Positions 1-9,286 of a stretch of DNA of 64,000 nt are shown piece by piece. The position numbers were made by a program, and so were the translations under genes. The first letter of the stretch is position 1. Every line of letters begins with the position of its first letter. The notes under the pieces are model-generated. The model saw only the letters and a list, made by a program, of their open reading frames with translations, was not told where the DNA came from and searched no databases. This DNA comes from Deltaproteobacteria bacterium (GTDB taxonomy: Bacteria; Desulfobacterota; Desulfarculia; Adiutricales; Adiutricaceae): assembly GCA_031276865.1 (NCBI GenBank), contig JAISMF010000065.1, positions 32,379-96,378 of the forward strand, read 5' to 3'.

Positions 1-34
1 AATTTAAACGCGTTTAAGAAAGCTTTGGAAACGG

Positions 35-60
35 AAAACCCGGCCTCGCGGCCGGGTTTT
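35..60 (-). terminator. GC hairpin flanked by A-run and T-run, candidate bidirectional intrinsic terminator about 170 nt downstream of acsE
   Basis: Read directly: aaaacccggcc-tcgc-ggccgggtttt; 7-bp GC stem, 4-nt loop, T4 following on either strand. Confidence 0.4.
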
Positions 61-232
61 CATTGTTTTTTGGACTTTCATCCATCCGCGCCTTTTAGAC
101 CTTTAAGAGTCTTAGGCCTTTAAGAGTCCGAAGCGTTCCCGGGGAGGAAAAACCAAGGCGGCGTTTTCTTCAAGAAAATAGGCCTCGGCGGGCTTTCCCC
201 GGAGAACTTTTCCGGACGCCTTAAGGGGACGG

Positions 233-1147
233 CTAGATGTCCAGCCAGCTGGCGCTGAAAAGCGAGTGACCCAGGATGACCTTGGCGGTCTTCACCACGT
301 CCACCTCTTCCTTCTTCATCTTGGAGTAGTCGTACTCTTTTCCGTCCATGACGCCGAAGACCAGATCCGAAAACCACTTGCGCTCCCCTTTGCAAAGCGC
401 CGTCATCTCGTCGTCAAAGGCGTCCACGATGGAGGAGTACATGCCCTTTTTGACCAGCATGCAAAGGTAGGTCCGGTTGAGGATGGGGCGCAGGTGCTCG
501 GGGTTGCCGTTGGAGACGTTGGAGACGCCGTTGGTGGAGCGGGTCATGTGCCCAGGCTGGATGGCGCCCACGATGTCCGGGAGCATCTCCAGGAACTCCA
601 GGTTGTTCATGAGCTGATCCTGCTGGATGTTCACCGGGGTGATGATGGGGTCGATGAAGGCCATCTCGGCGTCGATGCCCAATTCCGTCGCCTTCATAAG
701 AAGCTCGGTGGTGAGCTCGGCGCGCTCGTTGGCGTCGCGGGCCATGCCGTTGGGTCCCCACATGAGGCCCACCCAGGCGGCGTTGTACTTAGCGCACATG
801 GGAAGGAGCACATCGTAGCGCTCGGGGCGGCACATGATGGAGTTGATGAGGGCGGGTCCGTGCTTCACCGTCTTGAGGCCGGCCTCGATGGCCTCGACGT
901 TGGTGGTGTCCAGAACGATGGGCTTGTCGGTCATGCTCTGAACGACGTTCACCACCCAGGGCATGAGCTCGGCGCCGTTCTTGCGGGCCGGCCCCAGGTT
1001 GATGTCCACCCAGTCGGGATCGGACTTTAAGATGCCTTCCATGAACTCGCGGATGGGCTTCTCGTCTTTGTCCTTGAACGCGGCGCCGATCCTTTTGTTG
1101 GTGACATTAATATTCTCGGCGATGGTTTTAATGAAAACGTCGGCCAT
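233..1147 (-). CDS. acsE: Methyltetrahydrofolate:corrinoid/iron-sulfur protein methyltransferase (MeTr, pterin-binding fold)
   Basis: 304-aa ORF, last gene of the acs cluster. Sequence looks like AcsE/MeTr (DINLGPA, VLDTTN, LINSI, GVSNVS segments). Ends in TAG. Confidence 0.85.
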   Translation of the reverse strand: MADVFIKTIAENINVTNKRIGAAFKDKDEKPIREFMEGILKSDPDWVDINLGPARKNGAELMPWVVNVVQSMTDKPIVLDTTNVEAIEAGLKTVKHGPALINSIMCRPERYDVLLPMCAKYNAAWVGLMWGPNGMARDANERAELTTELLMKATELGIDAEMAFIDPIITPVNIQQDQLMNNLEFLEMLPDIVGAIQPGHMTRSTNGVSNVSNGNPEHLRPILNRTYLCMLVKKGMYSSIVDAFDDEMTALCKGERKWFSDLVFGVMDGKEYDYSKMKKEEVDVVKTAKVILGHSLFSASWLDI

Positions 1148-1428
1148 AAAAATTCATTCCTCCTAAATCTTTTGGGGGGGGCGGAGGCCGCCCCTCTTCT
1201 TGAGGGGCGGCTATGGGAATAAACGGTCCGGTTCATGTCCTTTGAAACGGAGATCCCAGGCGGGCGGATTCCCCCCCGTCCGCTTGAAAAAAGCGGAGCC
1301 GGAAGGGAGGGGGATCTCTTTGCGGGGGACGGAAAACGCCGCGACCGTCGAAAAAAGCGGGGGGGCTAAGGGCCCGCCGCTTTTTTCAAAGCGGCGGGCG
1401 GGGGGGTTGGAGGGTCTCCTCTTTTTTT

Positions 1429-2772
1429 TCAGCCGGAGACTTTGTACTCTTTGAGGAATTTGGGCAGGTGAGCCGCCTCCCTGGGACCGATGGAAACCGT
1501 CCAGCCGGGGAGCTCCTCTTCCATGTCGCCCAGGATGGCCGCGGCGTAGCCGGGGATGATCACGGACTTGTGCTTGATCTTCTCCAAAATATTGCTGCGT
1601 TTTCCCACGAACTGACCCACGTCGTCGCCGGAGAACTTGCCCGCGGCCCAGGCCGTCAGAACCGAGAGTCCCTCGCATTCCTTGATCAAAAGCCAGCTGG
1701 GAACGCGGCTGCCCTCCACTTCGCCCGCCACGATGAAGTAGGTCAGAGAGAAGTTGGTGGTGACCAACACCGGCGAGTTCTCGTCCGGGTTGTTGATGGG
1801 GTAGATGCCCTCCACCACGGTCATGGGGCGCTGCGGGTCGGTGAAGATGTTCAACCTCTCCAAAAGCAGCGGGAAGACCGAGGCGCCGTCCAAGTCGGAC
1901 AGGACCACCACGCCCGCGTACTTGGCGATGAGGGTGGCGGCGATGGCCGTCTGGAGGGTGAGGTTGGGGGTGATCTCGTTGGGGAAGGTGATGGTGCCGT
2001 AGCCGTAGTCGCGGTTCTGGCCCACCAGGGCGGCGCGGCGCAGAGCGATGGAGTCGGCGAAGGCCTGCTTGGTGGTGCGGGCGCCCGTGTCGATCACGAT
2101 GTCCTTAACGTCCGCGGCCACCAAAGCCTTGGTGAGCTCGGGGATTTCGTCAAGATCCTTGGCTTTGATCCAGACGGGGACCTTGTTGGCCTTGGCGATC
2201 TCGGCCACGGCCGCCAAATTGGCCTTGGTGGCGGGTCCGATGAGGGGGTTTTTCCCGGCGAGGGCCTCGGTCGCGGCCTTCAAAGCCGCCACATCCTCCG
2301 AGTAGAGGACGACCGAGAGATCGCTGTTGTCCACCACCGCCTTGGCCGCGGCCGCCAGATTGGGGCCGCCCTTGACCACCGCCAGCTCGGGACGCAAATT
2401 CAAGCCCACGCGGTTGTACTGGAGCTTCTGCCAGCGCTTGACCTTGGCGGCGATGTCGGCCGCGGAGGTCTTATCCTCGATGAGTCCCGCGATGGGCGGG
2501 GGGTTGAAGAAGGTCTTCTCGTGGCGGAACTGCACGGTCTCGCCGCCCACCTTCACCGCCGTGTCGCCGTAGCCGATGGTCACGGGACGGATGGGCGGAG
2601 CCGAGGCGGCGGAGAGCTTCTCGCGCGATTCCGGAGAGACGTCGGGGCATTTTTCCAGTTCCGCCTTCCCCGACGCCAGGTTCATGGCGAAGGCCAGGCA
2701 GGTGGCGGCGCCGCATTTCTTGCAGTTGGTGCCTGGCAGTAGTTTGAAAATCTGAATACCGGTCAGAGCCAT
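1429..2772 (-). CDS. acsC: Corrinoid iron-sulfur protein large subunit (CFeSP gamma)
   Basis: 447-aa ORF with N-terminal 4Fe-4S Cys motif GTNCKKCGAATCLAFAM...EKCP followed by a TIM-barrel-like body. Lies between acsB and acsE. SD taggag precedes the ATG. Confidence 0.85.
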   Translation of the reverse strand: MALTGIQIFKLLPGTNCKKCGAATCLAFAMNLASGKAELEKCPDVSPESREKLSAASAPPIRPVTIGYGDTAVKVGGETVQFRHEKTFFNPPPIAGLIEDKTSAADIAAKVKRWQKLQYNRVGLNLRPELAVVKGGPNLAAAAKAVVDNSDLSVVLYSEDVAALKAATEALAGKNPLIGPATKANLAAVAEIAKANKVPVWIKAKDLDEIPELTKALVAADVKDIVIDTGARTTKQAFADSIALRRAALVGQNRDYGYGTITFPNEITPNLTLQTAIAATLIAKYAGVVVLSDLDGASVFPLLLERLNIFTDPQRPMTVVEGIYPINNPDENSPVLVTTNFSLTYFIVAGEVEGSRVPSWLLIKECEGLSVLTAWAAGKFSGDDVGQFVGKRSNILEKIKHKSVIIPGYAAAILGDMEEELPGWTVSIGPREAAHLPKFLKEYKVSG

Positions 2773-2796
2773 TGTGCTTAACTCCTAAATCCAAAA

Positions 2797-2833
2797 GAGG
2801 GGGCGAATCCTGTAAGGCGGGGTCCGCCCCCTC
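2797..2833 (-). promoter_or_regulatory. 9-bp GC stem-loop in the acsB-acsC spacer, 25 nt upstream of the acsC start
   Basis: gagggggcg (2797-2805) pairs with cgccccctc (2825-2833), 19-nt loop. Function unknown (processing or stability element?). Confidence 0.3.
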
Positions 2834-3004
2834 CGGTTTAATTCCGGACTCCGAAAGCGTCCGGAAGCTCTCCCGGAGGTTTTGCTCCGGGAATTAAAAG
2901 CGAAGGCGGGAAATCTTTTCCAAGGGCGAAAAAAACAAGACGAATTCCCGAGGAAGGCGAAAAGGCGAAGGCGTCCGGGAAAAGGCGCTTTGAAAGGGAA
3001 TTTC

Positions 3005-3048
3005 CCTAAAAAAGGGCTTGGGGAGCCCGGGCCCTTGGCCCGGGCTCC
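3005..3048 (-). terminator. Hairpin immediately after the acsB stop; leaky terminator or mRNA-stabilising stem
   Basis: ggagcccgggcc / ggcccgggctcc 12-bp stem at 3022-3048. On the minus strand it is followed by ccaagccc then T6. Confidence 0.35.
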
Positions 3049-3061
3049 GAAAGCCTTTGGT

Positions 3062-5275
3062 CTAGAGGATGGAGGGCATGGCGAGGGCCGGATGCTCTTT
3101 TTCCGTCAGGAAGGGGAGGATCTCCTCTTCCGTGAGACCGACGGTCTCGTCCGCGATGCGGTCGACCAAGTCGGGAATCCCGATCTCTTTTCCGCGCTCC
3201 AGGAGCTTTTCCCTAAGCTCGTCTTTGAGGCTCTTGGGCATCCACACGAGCCTTTGCAGGCCGCCGTCTCCCAAGAGGAACTTCCTCTGGATGATGTTGT
3301 ACTTGGAGTGGCCCACGAAGCCGGGGGTCTGGTTTCCGCCGCCCATGGTTCCGGCCAGGGTGGAGAACTTCATCCCCGAGGGGGTCTCCCCGGTGTAGTC
3401 GCGGTTCACGGTCATGAGCCCGTTGCAGCTGGGAAGGATGCAGGCGATGCACTCGCAGCAGCCGCAGGTGGTCATGGGGTCGTTCACCATGCTGTAGAAG
3501 CAGACGTTGGTGACGGCCTGCCTGGAGGCCATGGCGATGAAGTCGTTCGCGCCCTTGAAGATCCCCATCACCGGATCCAGGACCTCGCCTTTGTCGATGG
3601 GCTGGTTGGGGCCGGTGGTGTTGATCTCGTAGGAGGCCTTGCAGTCCATCCAGTTGTAGGCGCCGCAGAGCCCGGTGCGCTCGGGGGAGACCACGCAGAC
3701 GTGGTTGGGCGCGAAGCTCTGGCAGAGGGTGCAGCTGTAGTAGATCTGGGTGGTCTCGTCGGTCATCTTCTCCACCCTCGCGTCTCTAACCACGTAGACC
3801 TTTCTCGCCTGATCCCGCACCTCGACGGCTTTGTCTTCTTCGGTGTAGATGGTGACCTCGAGCTTATCGAAGACCGCGCCGAAGTCCTGGTGCAGTTTGG
3901 CGTGGAGGATCACCCCCAGGTGCTTGATGCTGAAGCCCTTGGCCAAGGCGTCCTTGGAGACCCGGAGCATGCCGATGTCCCTTTGCCCCGTGTGCATGAG
4001 GCCCTGGGCGTAGTTTATGAGGTGGTGGATCTGCCGCTCCAAGATGGGTTCGAAGTCTTCCTGGAACTTGCGGCCCGCGACCACCACTTTAATGGCCAAG
4101 GGAAGCGATCCGCCTTCTTTGACTTCGTTCACGTCCGGACCCACCAGGGTGACTTTGCCGTCCTCCACCTGATCCATGGGGGCGGAGGTGACCCACTCCA
4201 CCACGGCCGTCTTGGAGGAGCCGCCCATCTCGCAGTGCATGTCGCCCCGGCGGATGCGCTCGCCCTCGAAGGAGGGACCGTAGGCCAGGGGGATGTCGAT
4301 GGTGGAGACCGTGGTCTTCAGACCCCTCACCTCCACCGAGCGGGTGACTATCTCGTTTATGGGGACGTTCGCGACCACGTGCTCGTAGGTGCACACGCCC
4401 GTCGGGAGTATCTCGGGGATGTCGGTGTCGGCCAGGGTGGGGAAGCCCCAGTTCACGGCGCCGGCGGCGTTGGCCGCCCACTCGGCGTTGACCTCGCCTA
4501 AAGCGTTGATGAAGGCGAAGATGCGGTCCTTGTTGTAGATGAGGTTGCGGCGGTAGTCGCCGGGTTTAACCCCGCCGAAGCCCATGGCCGCCCGGCAGGC
4601 GAAGCCCAAGGGATAGACCGCGGCGGAGATTTCGGGCCCGAAGGGCACCAGACGGGTGTTCCAGCCCACCTCGACGCCGGCGTCCACCAGCTGCTGGGAA
4701 AAGGTCGTCCCGGCCTGGTTCGCGCACATGAAGACGTAGATGGAGCGCTTCTGGTAATCGAGGGCGATCTCCTTCGCGATCTCCTTGGTGGGGGCGGCCC
4801 CCACCAGGGCCACGAAGCCCGGGGCCCGGCCGTCCACGAACTCCACGCCCCTCTTGCGGAAGATGGTGTCCTCGGCCGCGCCCAGCCAGAGCTTGCCGTT
4901 CTCGATGTCGGTTTCCTCGGAGACGTAGTAGAAGTCGGGTTCCCGAACGTATTTGATGGCCTCCACGATCTCCTCGGCCAAGATGGCCGCCATGCCGGCG
5001 TCCAGGAGGGGCCCCAGGTAGGGGAGGTAGTTGAGGCTCTTGATGTGCGGGGGAAGGAGGTTGCGACAGACCTCCAGACACTTTTTCGCGTCCCCCAGGG
5101 TTTTCACGGGAATCCCCAGGAGGGCGTAGTTGATGGGGAGATAGTAGGCCGTGTTGGGGAACTCCAATTTCTGCTCGGGACCGTAGTCCTCCAGGGCCTT
5201 TTTGTAGATGCCCTCGGCCTTTTGCACTATATTGTAGCCGCCCTGAATGGCGGCGAAAGCTACCAGTTTCGACAT
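3062..5275 (-). CDS. acsB: Acetyl-CoA synthase (CODH/ACS alpha subunit, A-cluster protein)
   Basis: 737-aa ORF. A-cluster Cys ligand pattern SCTLCQSFAPNHVCVVSPERTGLCGA plus the downstream Cys-Gly-Cys (TTCGCCEC). Adjacent to CODH. Confidence 0.9.
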   Translation of the reverse strand: MSKLVAFAAIQGGYNIVQKAEGIYKKALEDYGPEQKLEFPNTAYYLPINYALLGIPVKTLGDAKKCLEVCRNLLPPHIKSLNYLPYLGPLLDAGMAAILAEEIVEAIKYVREPDFYYVSEETDIENGKLWLGAAEDTIFRKRGVEFVDGRAPGFVALVGAAPTKEIAKEIALDYQKRSIYVFMCANQAGTTFSQQLVDAGVEVGWNTRLVPFGPEISAAVYPLGFACRAAMGFGGVKPGDYRRNLIYNKDRIFAFINALGEVNAEWAANAAGAVNWGFPTLADTDIPEILPTGVCTYEHVVANVPINEIVTRSVEVRGLKTTVSTIDIPLAYGPSFEGERIRRGDMHCEMGGSSKTAVVEWVTSAPMDQVEDGKVTLVGPDVNEVKEGGSLPLAIKVVVAGRKFQEDFEPILERQIHHLINYAQGLMHTGQRDIGMLRVSKDALAKGFSIKHLGVILHAKLHQDFGAVFDKLEVTIYTEEDKAVEVRDQARKVYVVRDARVEKMTDETTQIYYSCTLCQSFAPNHVCVVSPERTGLCGAYNWMDCKASYEINTTGPNQPIDKGEVLDPVMGIFKGANDFIAMASRQAVTNVCFYSMVNDPMTTCGCCECIACILPSCNGLMTVNRDYTGETPSGMKFSTLAGTMGGGNQTPGFVGHSKYNIIQRKFLLGDGGLQRLVWMPKSLKDELREKLLERGKEIGIPDLVDRIADETVGLTEEEILPFLTEKEHPALAMPSIL

Positions 5276-5513
5276 GGAATTTGTCCTCCGAAAAATGTCG
5301 GTGAAGGACGCGCCGCCGGGAAAAAATCCCGATTAATTGAATAAGCGGCGCGGAAGAATCTTTAGGCTGGAGCCGGCGAAAAAGGCTTTTCCGCCGGCGT
5401 TCGCGAGGGAAGCCCGAGAAGGCGAGGGGGGGGCGGGAGAGCGGCGGAAAAAGGAAAAACCAATTTCCACCCGAACTCGCATGGGGAAACCGCCTTTAAA
5501 GGCGCTTTCCCTG

Positions 5514-7532
5514 TTACGCCACCTCCAGGGCCCTGCGGTCGCTCATATCCATGAGCACCCTCTCCCGGGCCTTGTCTATGCCCAGGGCCTTGCGCTTAAG
5601 ATCGATGTGGTGCAGGATCTTGTGCGCCGCCGCGACGGGGTCGGGCTCGTAGGCCCACATGCCGCCGTAGAGTTCCTCCATGTCGTGTTCCAGATACTTC
5701 TTCACAATGGGCGAGCCGCCAATGGCCAGGGGGATGCCGATCATGACGTAGACCCCCGAGGTCACGAAATACTGCCCGATGCCGATGGCCTTCTCGCTCA
5801 TCCAGCCGGGGGCCGCTCCCGCGGCCGGCAGATCGGCGAGTTCCTTCCCGAGGCCTCCGGCCTTCACCACCTCGGTCGCGGCGGTTAAGATGCGGGAGTT
5901 GTCCAAGCAGGAGCCCATGTGCAAAACCGGCGGAATGCCCACGGCCTCGCAGACTTCGGCCAAACCCGCTCCGGCGAAGACCGCCGCGGACTCGGGCGTC
6001 AAGAGCCCCGCCTTGCCGCAGGCCATGGCCGAGCAGCCGGTGGTGAGCACTATGACGTCGTTTTTAATGAGCTCCTTAATCAGGGCCAAATGCACCTCGT
6101 CGTGCTCGACGCGGGCGTTGTTGCAACCCACCACGCCGCAGATGCCCCGGATGCGGCCGTTTATGATGTTGTCGTTCAGGGGCACGAAGGAGCCGCGGAA
6201 GGTGCCGCCCAGGTGGTACTTGATGGCCTCGGTGGAGAATCCCACCACCATGCGGTTCTTATCCGAAGGGATGTTCACCTCGCCCCGGTTGGGGAAGTTG
6301 TCCGCGGCGATCCGTAAGATCTCCTTGGCCTTCTCCAAGGCGGCGTGCTCCTCGAAGTTGACGTGGATGGTGTTCAAGCCCGAAGCGCACTTGGCGATGG
6401 GCATGGTGGTTATGAACTTGGTGTGGAAGCACTCGGAGACCTTGGCCAGGCTCTCCATGATGCACTGCACGTCCACCACCATGGCCTCCACCGCTCCGGT
6501 CACCACCGCCAGCTCCTGCTGGAGGTAGTCGCCCGCGATGGGCATGCCGTGGCGCACCAGGATCTCGTTCGCGGTGCAGCACATGCCTGAGACCACGTAG
6601 CCGTTGGCTCCCTTGGAGCGGGCGTACTCCTGCATCTCGGGGAGGTTCACGGCGCAGACGATCATCTCGGAGACCAACGGGTCGTGGCCGTGGACGATGA
6701 TGTTCACCTTGTCGTGGGAAAGGACGCCCAGGTTGATGTGCCCGGTGTTGGGGTAGGGCGTTCCGAACATTATATCCTGGAGGTCGGTCGCCATCATGGA
6801 GCCGCCCCAGCCGTTGCCCAAGGAGCAGCGGGCGCCCTGGAAGAGGAGGTTGCGGTAGTCCTGATCCACCCCCATATGGGTGCGGTGCATGATCTCGACC
6901 ACCTCGCGGTCGATGCCCCGCGGCTTCACCCCGTGCTTCTCCCAGCGATCCTGGGTGGCCTTGGGAGCCCTCTGGAGGTAGATGAGCTCGCCTTGCTGCT
7001 GGCCCCACTGGCCCAGGGCGGTCTCGCCTATCTCCACCGCGATCTCCCACTTGTCCCTAGGAGTCTCGACCCCATCCTTCTCGACGGTCACGGGCACGTT
7101 GAAGTAGCCCGCCACCTCGTGGAGCTTAATCTCGTCTTTAATGGTGTAGTCGTGGGCCTCCCTTCTGGCCATGGCCAGGAAGGTCTCGGTCACGGCCCGG
7201 CCGTGATCGGAGTGCGAGGCGCAACCGGCCGCTATCTGCCGGATGAGGTTCCTGGCCACGATGGTCTCCGGGGTGGCCCCGCAGAGGCCCACCCGGGTGT
7301 CGGGCTCGGTTCCATCCTTGATGGCCTTGGTCAAAGGCAGACGGCAGGGACCCTGCGCGCAGATGCGGCAACAGATTCCCTCCGTCCCTATATTGCATTG
7401 CTTCATCTTCACCGCCCGATCGAAAATGGTTTCTATCCCTTTCTCCTGGGCGTAATGAAGCATCTTGATAGTGGCTTTGTCCACCGTCACGCTTTCGGGA
7501 ACGGCCACTTTCGCGGTTGGGGTTTCGGACAT
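5514..7532 (-). CDS. acsA: Ni-Fe carbon monoxide dehydrogenase catalytic subunit (CODH/ACS beta)
   Basis: 672-aa ORF. N-terminal Cys-rich B/D-cluster region CNIGTEGICCRICAQGPCRL, later GMCCTANE and GCNNAR-type segments typical of CooS/AcsA. Confidence 0.9.
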   Translation of the reverse strand: MSETPTAKVAVPESVTVDKATIKMLHYAQEKGIETIFDRAVKMKQCNIGTEGICCRICAQGPCRLPLTKAIKDGTEPDTRVGLCGATPETIVARNLIRQIAAGCASHSDHGRAVTETFLAMARREAHDYTIKDEIKLHEVAGYFNVPVTVEKDGVETPRDKWEIAVEIGETALGQWGQQQGELIYLQRAPKATQDRWEKHGVKPRGIDREVVEIMHRTHMGVDQDYRNLLFQGARCSLGNGWGGSMMATDLQDIMFGTPYPNTGHINLGVLSHDKVNIIVHGHDPLVSEMIVCAVNLPEMQEYARSKGANGYVVSGMCCTANEILVRHGMPIAGDYLQQELAVVTGAVEAMVVDVQCIMESLAKVSECFHTKFITTMPIAKCASGLNTIHVNFEEHAALEKAKEILRIAADNFPNRGEVNIPSDKNRMVVGFSTEAIKYHLGGTFRGSFVPLNDNIINGRIRGICGVVGCNNARVEHDEVHLALIKELIKNDVIVLTTGCSAMACGKAGLLTPESAAVFAGAGLAEVCEAVGIPPVLHMGSCLDNSRILTAATEVVKAGGLGKELADLPAAGAAPGWMSEKAIGIGQYFVTSGVYVMIGIPLAIGGSPIVKKYLEHDMEELYGGMWAYEPDPVAAAHKILHHIDLKRKALGIDKARERVLMDMSDRRALEVA

Positions 7533-7974
7533 TAAACGACTCCTTCATGGAATCCCTCCGCCCGCTTCGGGGCGTAGGTTGCTATAAAAGGTGCGGACAC
7601 CGTAATTTTCGTAGTTCGTTTGGAATCGACCCTTAAAACCGCCTCCGAATTTTCCGCTAGGCCTTGGGCCTCGGAAAAGAAGACGATGGGGGGGAGGATC
7701 CGGCGCGTATATGCTCCGGCCGCGGGCTTGGAAACACCCGGTGAGGCTGGAGTTTATTCCCGGTCCCTCTTATTAAACTCCCGTTATTCCGGATGAAACC
7801 GGGGGGATTTTTCCGGGGCCGGGTGAAAATCCGGTCCGGGGCCTTTTAAGGCGCCCAAAAGCAAACCGGACTGAAAGACGTGAACTATGGGGGCTTCTTT
7901 TTTCGACCCGAAAGGGCCCTTAAGGTTGGCGGAGGGCTTGAAAAGATCCCCTCCGCTGAAGAAAAAGAAGCTCC

Positions 7975-8157
7975 CTAGTAGCGGGGAATTCTCACGTGGA
8001 CGCGGTTAAGCTCGTCTATGAGTTTATTGGCTATGGCTAAATCGGGGTTGTTCGCCTCGAGGGAGGGGTCCGCGGCCGGAGCCGCCGGGGCGGCCTTATC
8101 CGCCGCTTTGGCGTCGGCGGCTTCCGCCTGCTTGGTGTCGGCTTTCTTGGCGCTCAT
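7975..8157 (-). CDS. Small hypothetical protein (60 aa) embedded in the acs cluster
   Basis: ATG preceded by agagga 8 nt upstream. Ala/Lys-rich N-terminal half, then NPDLAIANKLIDELNRVHVRIPRY. No family recognised. Confidence 0.5.
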   Translation of the reverse strand: MSAKKADTKQAEAADAKAADKAAPAAPAADPSLEANNPDLAIANKLIDELNRVHVRIPRY

Positions 8158-8293
8158 TGAAGTTCCTCTTCAAATTAATGATGTGACGCTAACAAAGATG
8201 TCGAAGGGGGGCTGGCCGGGCCCCCAGAAGTCGGGCCGTTTGGGGGAATCTTCGCTCCGTTTCGAAGCTTGAACCCCCTGGAAAGCGTCCGCC

Positions 8294-9286
8294 TTACTTT
8301 ATGGCGGTTATGGGAACGTCCCCGATGCCGTCGGCCTTGATCTCGCCGCCGTCGGTCACGGCGTTCACGTAGGAACGGACGATCTTAAGGGACTCGGGAT
8401 GGGCGAAAACCACGATGCTGGAGCCGGCGTCCAGGAAGGATATGGCCGTGGCCACCTCCATAAGGACGGCGCGGCAGGTCTGGTCTCCCAGGGTCTCGTT
8501 ACCCGCGGTGGGCTGGCTGGCCTCTTTGCACTTCCAGTTCTCGCGGCCGATTATGCTGATGATGGGCTGCTGGAGCTTGTCGTCCTGCTGCACCAGGGCG
8601 GCCATGACTATGCGCTCGATGATGGAGTAGGTGTACTCCAAACCGTAGCCCAGTCCGCTGGTGGTGGGGTCGATGAGGATCTTGTCCGCGGTGACGCCCA
8701 GATCCATGAGGAGGATGTTCAGCTGCTTGGCCAGGTTCACGTCGATGGGGGACTTGGCGATGATGCTGTGGCCGTAGGCCAGGGCCTGGGCCCCTATCTG
8801 CTTGTAGTTCTTGTCGGTCACGGGTCCCAGAATGAGGTTTTTATTCTGGAACTTCTCGGCGATGAGGGAGAGGGTGTCGATGTCCTTGTCCTTGTTGTCC
8901 ACGCCGTTCACGATGAGGGGCACGTTCACGGCGGCGAGGACTTTTTCCACCGTCTTCACGGCGTCTTCCGGGCTGCTGTCCTGGTCGTTGGGGTCGGTGC
9001 TCACGAGCTCCAGGGAGATAAGATCCGCTCCGTACTCCACGGCCTTTTTGGCCCAGGCGGCCGGATCTTTTAAGACGCCGGCGAAGGCCTTGGTCAGCGG
9101 CTCCGGGAAGGAATCGCCGGGATCGCTGTCCCATACCTGTAAGGCTAATAAGGGCTTGTGCGGGAAGGTCCCTTCGAAGTCGTGAAAATTGTAGGCGGTC
9201 TGCCCGCCTATGAGGACTTTCTGGGTGCCAAGCGGCACTTCGTTGATTTTGCCGCTGTACTTAACTTTGTTAACTTGGAAGGCCAA
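8294..9286 (-). CDS. acsD: Corrinoid iron-sulfur protein small subunit (CFeSP delta)
   Basis: 330-aa ORF with TIM-barrel-like pattern resembling AcsD/CdhD. First gene of the acs cluster. Confidence 0.8.
   Translation of the reverse strand: MAFQVNKVKYSGKINEVPLGTQKVLIGGQTAYNFHDFEGTFPHKPLLALQVWDSDPGDSFPEPLTKAFAGVLKDPAAWAKKAVEYGADLISLELVSTDPNDQDSSPEDAVKTVEKVLAAVNVPLIVNGVDNKDKDIDTLSLIAEKFQNKNLILGPVTDKNYKQIGAQALAYGHSIIAKSPIDVNLAKQLNILLMDLGVTADKILIDPTTSGLGYGLEYTYSIIERIVMAALVQQDDKLQQPIISIIGRENWKCKEASQPTAGNETLGDQTCRAVLMEVATAISFLDAGSSIVVFAHPESLKIVRSYVNAVTDGGEIKADGIGDVPITAIK

Noticed and set aside
266-9185. Long ORFs antisense to or out of frame with acsE, acsC, acsB, acsA and acsD (for example 266-1030+, 1468-2742+, 2882-4501+, 6684-7535+, 8399-9073+)
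   Set aside because: Their translations are Gly/Arg/His/Val-rich and low in information, typical of shadow ORFs in GC-rich genes. The overlapping frames have unmistakable enzyme motifs.
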